Assembly (NCBI GenBank): GCA_023135165.1
Contig: JAGLTS010000060.1
Span: 166-64,165 of the forward strand
DNA length: 64,000 nt
Direction: 5' to 3'
Source of the DNA: Phycisphaerales bacterium
GTDB lineage: Bacteria > Planctomycetota > Phycisphaerae > Phycisphaerales > JAGLTS01
The position numbers and the translations under genes are program-made. The notes below the pieces were generated by a model that saw nothing but the letters and a program-made list of their open reading frames with translations, was not told the DNA's origin and did not search any database. Within the stretch, counting starts at the first letter, position 1. Every line of letters starts with the position of its first letter. Shown piece after piece: positions 59,679-64,000 of the stretch.

Positions 59679-61034
59679 TCACGGTTGCCGAAGTGTGGAA
59701 GCCAGCACCGGATGACCCTCCGCCTCGGCAACGTCGGCGGGTGTCTGTCCATCGTCGTTGCGCAGCGCCGGGTCAGCCCCGGCGGCGAGCAGAGCTTCGG
59801 CCACTTCGGATCGCCCCATTCGAGCGGCGCCGTGTAATGGCGTGTTGCCGCTTGCCGTCCTCGCGTCGATCGCCGCCCCTCGCTCGATGAGAAGCTCGAC
59901 CGTGGCGACGCGCCCGGGCATCGTGAAACGCGTTCCGACGGCGGCGTAGAAGAGCGGTGTGGAGCCAACACCCGTCGGTCGATCAAGCTCGGCGCCGTGA
60001 TCGAGCAGGAAGGCTGCCAGCGCAGCGTTGCCGTGCATCGCGGCGAAGTGCAGCGGCGATTCCCCGTCGGCACTCGGCTCATCAATCGCGAAGCTTCGCC
60101 GGATCAGGTCCCCGGCGAGGCCGACGCGGTCCTCCCCGGTCAGCGGCGAATTTGCTGCGCAGTGCATGAGTGTGTGCCCGCAGTCGCTTACGGCATACAG
60201 ATCAGCGCCTCGCTCGATGAACGGGTCGAGCGTGCCGAGCGACCCTTCAACGACTGCGTAGTGGATCGGCGTAAACCCGTCGTTGTTCCGGGCGTTGATA
60301 TCGGCTCCGAGTTCGAGGAGGTGATCGAAGTTGCCAAGCATCTCGGCTGCTTCGCCAAGGTGAAGCGTGGCGCCGAGAAAGCTCGCGGCAAGGTGCAGCC
60401 CGGTCTGCCCAAGATCGTCGCGGCTGTTGATGTCCGCGCCGTGCTCCACAAGGATGGGCGCGACCTCCAGGAGGGACGCAGCAGCTATGAAGATCGGTGT
60501 TCTTTCACCCCCACCGCGCGCGCTGACATCCGCGCCGGCGTTGAGCAGGAGCTTCACGAGTTCGACGTCGCCGGACGCCGTCGCTTGGTGCAACGCTGTC
60601 TGGCCGTGCGCGCTGGGCGTGTCTGGATCTGCGCCGCCTTCGAGGAGTGCGCGCATCACATCCACATGCTTGTTCTCCGTCGCCCAGTACAGCGGTGTAT
60701 AGTTGTGCAGTTCACCGTCATCTTCGTTGAGAACCAGCTCCGGATCGGCCCCCGCGTCAAGCAGCAGACGCACGATGTCGGCGTGGCCGTTCGCAGCCGA
60801 GCCGTGCAGCGGCGTTGCGCCGAAGAAACCTCGCGCGTTTGGGTCCGCACCGCGACCAAGCAGGCGAGCGACCTTGCCTGCATCGCCGGTCTTTGCGGCG
60901 AGGTGCAGCGGCGTATCCGTTCGGCCGGACGTTGGTTGAGCAGGCTGCCGAGCCCACCAGATGAGGATGATCGCAACGATCACGACAGCATCGAACACAA
61001 GGACCGGCACAAGCCAGCGACGACGGCGAGTCAT
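59679..61034 (-). CDS. Membrane-anchored ankyrin-repeat protein
   Basis: About 11 TPLH-type repeats after an N-terminal TM. Start trimmed to MTRRRRW. Confidence 0.9.
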   Translation of the reverse strand: MTRRRRWLVPVLVFDAVVIVAIILIWWARQPAQPTSGRTDTPLHLAAKTGDAGKVARLLGRGADPNARGFFGATPLHGSAANGHADIVRLLLDAGADPELVLNEDDGELHNYTPLYWATENKHVDVMRALLEGGADPDTPSAHGQTALHQATASGDVELVKLLLNAGADVSARGGGERTPIFIAAASLLEVAPILVEHGADINSRDDLGQTGLHLAASFLGATLHLGEAAEMLGNFDHLLELGADINARNNDGFTPIHYAVVEGSLGTLDPFIERGADLYAVSDCGHTLMHCAANSPLTGEDRVGLAGDLIRRSFAIDEPSADGESPLHFAAMHGNAALAAFLLDHGAELDRPTGVGSTPLFYAAVGTRFTMPGRVATVELLIERGAAIDARTASGNTPLHGAARMGRSEVAEALLAAGADPALRNDDGQTPADVAEAEGHPVLASTLRQP

Positions 61035-61107
61035 GGCGACCCCCTTTCGCCGCCAGTGTAGGGGAAGCGGCTGCGCGATGCCCGGCAAGCCGGTGGACGA
61101 TGATCGG

Positions 61108-63798
61108 TCAGGCCAGCACTTTCTCGACGACGACAAGGTCATCCTCATCGTCGCGACTGACTTGGAATCCAAGTTCCGTGAAGATCTTCACCATGCGCGA
61201 GTTCGTTGAACTCGTCACCGCAGTGACCCGTTTAATGTGCCAACTGTCCGCGATTTCGACACAGTACGCAGTCAGGAGCCTGCCGACGCCTTGGTTCTGC
61301 CATTCATCCGCGATGAGTATGGCATACTCCGCGGTGTCGTGATCGGGGTCTGCGACGAGTCGCCCGACGCCGATCAGCCGCCGATCATCGTCACGCGTCT
61401 CAAGTTCCGCGACGATGCCGATCTCGCGGTCGTAGTCGATGAAGCAGTAGCGGGCAGCCATGTCGTGCGACGTGTCGGTGAAGAGATAGCTGAATCTGCT
61501 GCGGATCGACTCGGGCGAGCAGGACGCGAGCAGTTCGTGCCACATCGGCTCGTCTTCGGGTTTGATCGGGCGGAGGACGATCGGCGTGCCGTCGCGCATC
61601 TTCGCATCGCGGATGTATTGTTCCGGGTACGGCCGAATCGCGAGATGTGCGTAGGGCCGAACCGGTTTCTCCGCCAGCTCCCGGTTGATGATGACGCGCG
61701 CATCGAGGGCGGTGACCTCGTCGGGTGTGACAAGCAGCGGGTTGATGTCGAGTTCTTCGATCTCCGGATAGTCAGCCACGAGGTACGACAGGCGCAGGAG
61801 GATTTCGATGAGCTTGTCGATGTTCATGGGCGGCTTGCCGCGGTAGCCCTCAAGGATGGGCCAGCACGTGAGCGATTCGAGCATGCGTCGTGCGAGCCGT
61901 TCGGTGAGCGGTGGAAGCCCCAGTGTGCGATCGCCGTAGAGTTCAGCCGTCACGCCGCCGCTGCCGACCATGATGACCGCGCCGAAGACAGGGTCCTTCT
62001 TAGCGCCGAGGATCAGCTCGAAGCCGGCCTTGGTGTCAATCATCTTCTGAACCGTGACACCCTCGATCGTGGCGTCCGGCCGATGGGTGGCGGCGTCATC
62101 GACGATGCGCTGATAGGCGGCGCGGACTTCAGCGTCATCGCGCAGATTCAGCACCACCCCACCGACATCCGTCTTGTGTGTGATCTGCGGGGAGAGGATC
62201 TTGAGCACAACAGGATGGCCGACGCGCCGCGCCGCCTGCACGGCCTCATCCGCCGAGTGCGCGGACCTCGGCCGCGTCGTCGGAATCTCGTACGCATCGA
62301 GCATCGCCTTGGAGAACGACTCGGACAGCGTTTCACCGGCGGAAAGCAGGACCGTATCGAAGATGTCGCGCAGCTTGTCGCGGTCCAGGGCGAACGACAC
62401 GGGCATCTCGCGCGGCGTGTCGTAGAGCACGTCGATGTTCCTCGAGTATGAGACAAGGTACATGAACGCAGCCACGGCGCGCTCGGGCGAAGTATAGGTT
62501 GGGATTCCTGCTTGATTGAAAACCTGAATGCCTTCGGCAACGGCGTCGGCGCCCATCCATGCGGCGAGGACCGGTTTGCGCGATTTGCGCGCTATTGCAG
62601 CCACCGCCTCCGCCGTCGCGGTTGGGTCGGTCATGGACTGCGGCGTGAGGACGACCAGTGCGGCATTGACCGCCTTGTCGGCGAGCACGATCTCCGCAGC
62701 CTCGGCGTATCGTGCCGCGGGGGCATCTCCCAGAATGTCCACGGGGTTGTTGTGCGACCAGAACGGCGGGAGTACTGCGTTCAGCTTCTCCATCGTCTCG
62801 TCGGAGAGCGTTGCGAGCACGCCGTGACGCTCGACTAGCGTGTCGGTCGCCATCACGCCAGGCCCGCCCGCGTTCGTGATGATCGCCAGATGCGGCCCGG
62901 TCGGGATGCGTCCGCGTGCGAGCAGTTCCGCGCACTCGAACATGTCGCCGACTTCAAACACGCGAACGATGCCAGCCCTTTGCATCGCCGCGTCGTAGAC
63001 ATCATCCTCCGCCGCCATGGCGCCCGTGTGCGATGCCGCCGCCTTTGCTGACTCGGCGAACCGACCGGCTTTGTACGCGACGATCGGCTTGGTCCGGGCG
63101 AACGCACGTCCAGCCGACATGAACTGCCTTGCATCCGTGACCGACTCGGCGTAGAGGATGATCGAACTCGTCTCCGCATCCTGGCCGAAGTAGTCGATCA
63201 AGTCGCCGATGCTCACATCCAATGCGTTGCCGATCGATACGAAGTGCGAGAACCCGATGTCCTCCTTGATGGCCCAGTCCAGGACGGAAGTACACAAAGC
63301 GCCCGATTGGGACAGAAACGCGACGTGGCCGGCCTTGGGCGTGGCGGCGGCGAAGCTCGCGTTGACGCCGAGTGATGGCACGATGACGCCCAGGCAGTTC
63401 GGCCCGACGATACGCATGCCCGGGTATTTCTTCTGCTCAGCGAGGATCTCCGCCTCGAGCGCCTTGCCATCCTCACCCACCTCGCGGAATCCCGCGGAGA
63501 TGATGAGCAGGCCGAGGATTCCCGCCTCGCCGCATTCGCGCACGACGCTTGGGATGAACTTCGCCGGGATGCAGATCACCGCAAGGTCCGGCGTGCGGGG
63601 CAGGCTCGCTACGTCGGGGTACGCCTGGATGCCGTGGATCGCCTCGCGCTTGGGATTCACCGGGTACACGACGCCGTCGTAGCCCGCGGTGATCATGTTG
63701 CGCAGGACGGTGTAGCCGACGCTGTCGGTCCGCTCGCTGGCGCCGATGACGGCGACACGCTTAGGCTTGAAGATCATGTCGAGGTTGCGAACAGTCAT
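61108..63798 (-). CDS. Bifunctional acyl-CoA synthetase (ADP-forming)-like/GNAT acetyltransferase (Pat/Pka type)
   Basis: VAVIGAS, GPNCLG, SQSGA, TNAGGPG, NNPVD, HKTDVGGV and ELDINPL; C-terminal GNAT (QNQGVG). Confidence 0.93.
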   Translation of the reverse strand: MTVRNLDMIFKPKRVAVIGASERTDSVGYTVLRNMITAGYDGVVYPVNPKREAIHGIQAYPDVASLPRTPDLAVICIPAKFIPSVVRECGEAGILGLLIISAGFREVGEDGKALEAEILAEQKKYPGMRIVGPNCLGVIVPSLGVNASFAAATPKAGHVAFLSQSGALCTSVLDWAIKEDIGFSHFVSIGNALDVSIGDLIDYFGQDAETSSIILYAESVTDARQFMSAGRAFARTKPIVAYKAGRFAESAKAAASHTGAMAAEDDVYDAAMQRAGIVRVFEVGDMFECAELLARGRIPTGPHLAIITNAGGPGVMATDTLVERHGVLATLSDETMEKLNAVLPPFWSHNNPVDILGDAPAARYAEAAEIVLADKAVNAALVVLTPQSMTDPTATAEAVAAIARKSRKPVLAAWMGADAVAEGIQVFNQAGIPTYTSPERAVAAFMYLVSYSRNIDVLYDTPREMPVSFALDRDKLRDIFDTVLLSAGETLSESFSKAMLDAYEIPTTRPRSAHSADEAVQAARRVGHPVVLKILSPQITHKTDVGGVVLNLRDDAEVRAAYQRIVDDAATHRPDATIEGVTVQKMIDTKAGFELILGAKKDPVFGAVIMVGSGGVTAELYGDRTLGLPPLTERLARRMLESLTCWPILEGYRGKPPMNIDKLIEILLRLSYLVADYPEIEELDINPLLVTPDEVTALDARVIINRELAEKPVRPYAHLAIRPYPEQYIRDAKMRDGTPIVLRPIKPEDEPMWHELLASCSPESIRSRFSYLFTDTSHDMAARYCFIDYDREIGIVAELETRDDDRRLIGVGRLVADPDHDTAEYAILIADEWQNQGVGRLLTAYCVEIADSWHIKRVTAVTSSTNSRMVKIFTELGFQVSRDDEDDLVVVEKVLA

Positions 63799-64000
63799 GG
63801 TTGGCTCCCTTCGATTGAGTCCCCCTAAACTGCGATCGGTCGGTTTCGCCCACCGCTCCGCAGGTTCCGATGTTTCCACATGATTCTATCTCCTTTTCAC
63901 GAAGGACGCTGTTCGGTGCGGGGATCGCGCCGAACCAGCACCGGCCGACTCGTCTGGCGCACGGGTGGCAGTGGGGCGGTCATCTTGCTGGCATGACGCC

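Noticed and set aside
1..64000. tRNA, rRNA or structured ncRNA genes
   Set aside because: None recognised by eye. An rpsB leader structure (3611-3780) is plausible but needs an Infernal/Rfam search.

Overview
Bacterial DNA, probably Planctomycetota/Phycisphaerae (inferred from a planctomycete-type prepilin gene, dockerin-like motifs and CxxCGYDL membrane proteins). The host genes are a prepilin-type gene, tsf and rpsB on the left, and an ankyrin protein and an acyl-CoA ligase/GNAT fusion on the right. Between them, comM (YifB/Mg-chelatase-like) is split just before its Walker A motif by a ~54.1 kb integrative element (4599-58736). Joining the element ends gives an attP with a perfect 12-bp inverted repeat around a CT core, and a large serine recombinase overlaps the right junction. 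The cargo includes a 2.1k-aa RHS protein, an inverted orphan RHS cassette with an AMOP-like tip, a TIR+caspase pair (type IV Thoeris-like) and a tyrosine integrase. It also carries a radical SAM locus with a Trp-rich peptide fused to an RRE, a SIR2-APAZ/short Argonaute pair followed by a proteasome-beta-like Ntn hydrolase, HEPN, NTPase, HAD and HD genes, and many IS remnants. The best candidate for an undescribed system is the co-directional operon leading into the recombinase: TM peptide, Zn finger, HerA/FtsK-like ATPase, PD-(D/E)XK nuclease, TM protein, ubiquitin-like protein, E2 and a JAB-E1 fusion. That operon is studded with a CCCCCACGA-type repeat that sits in-frame inside genes. All family assignments come from motifs read by eye; no database search was run.
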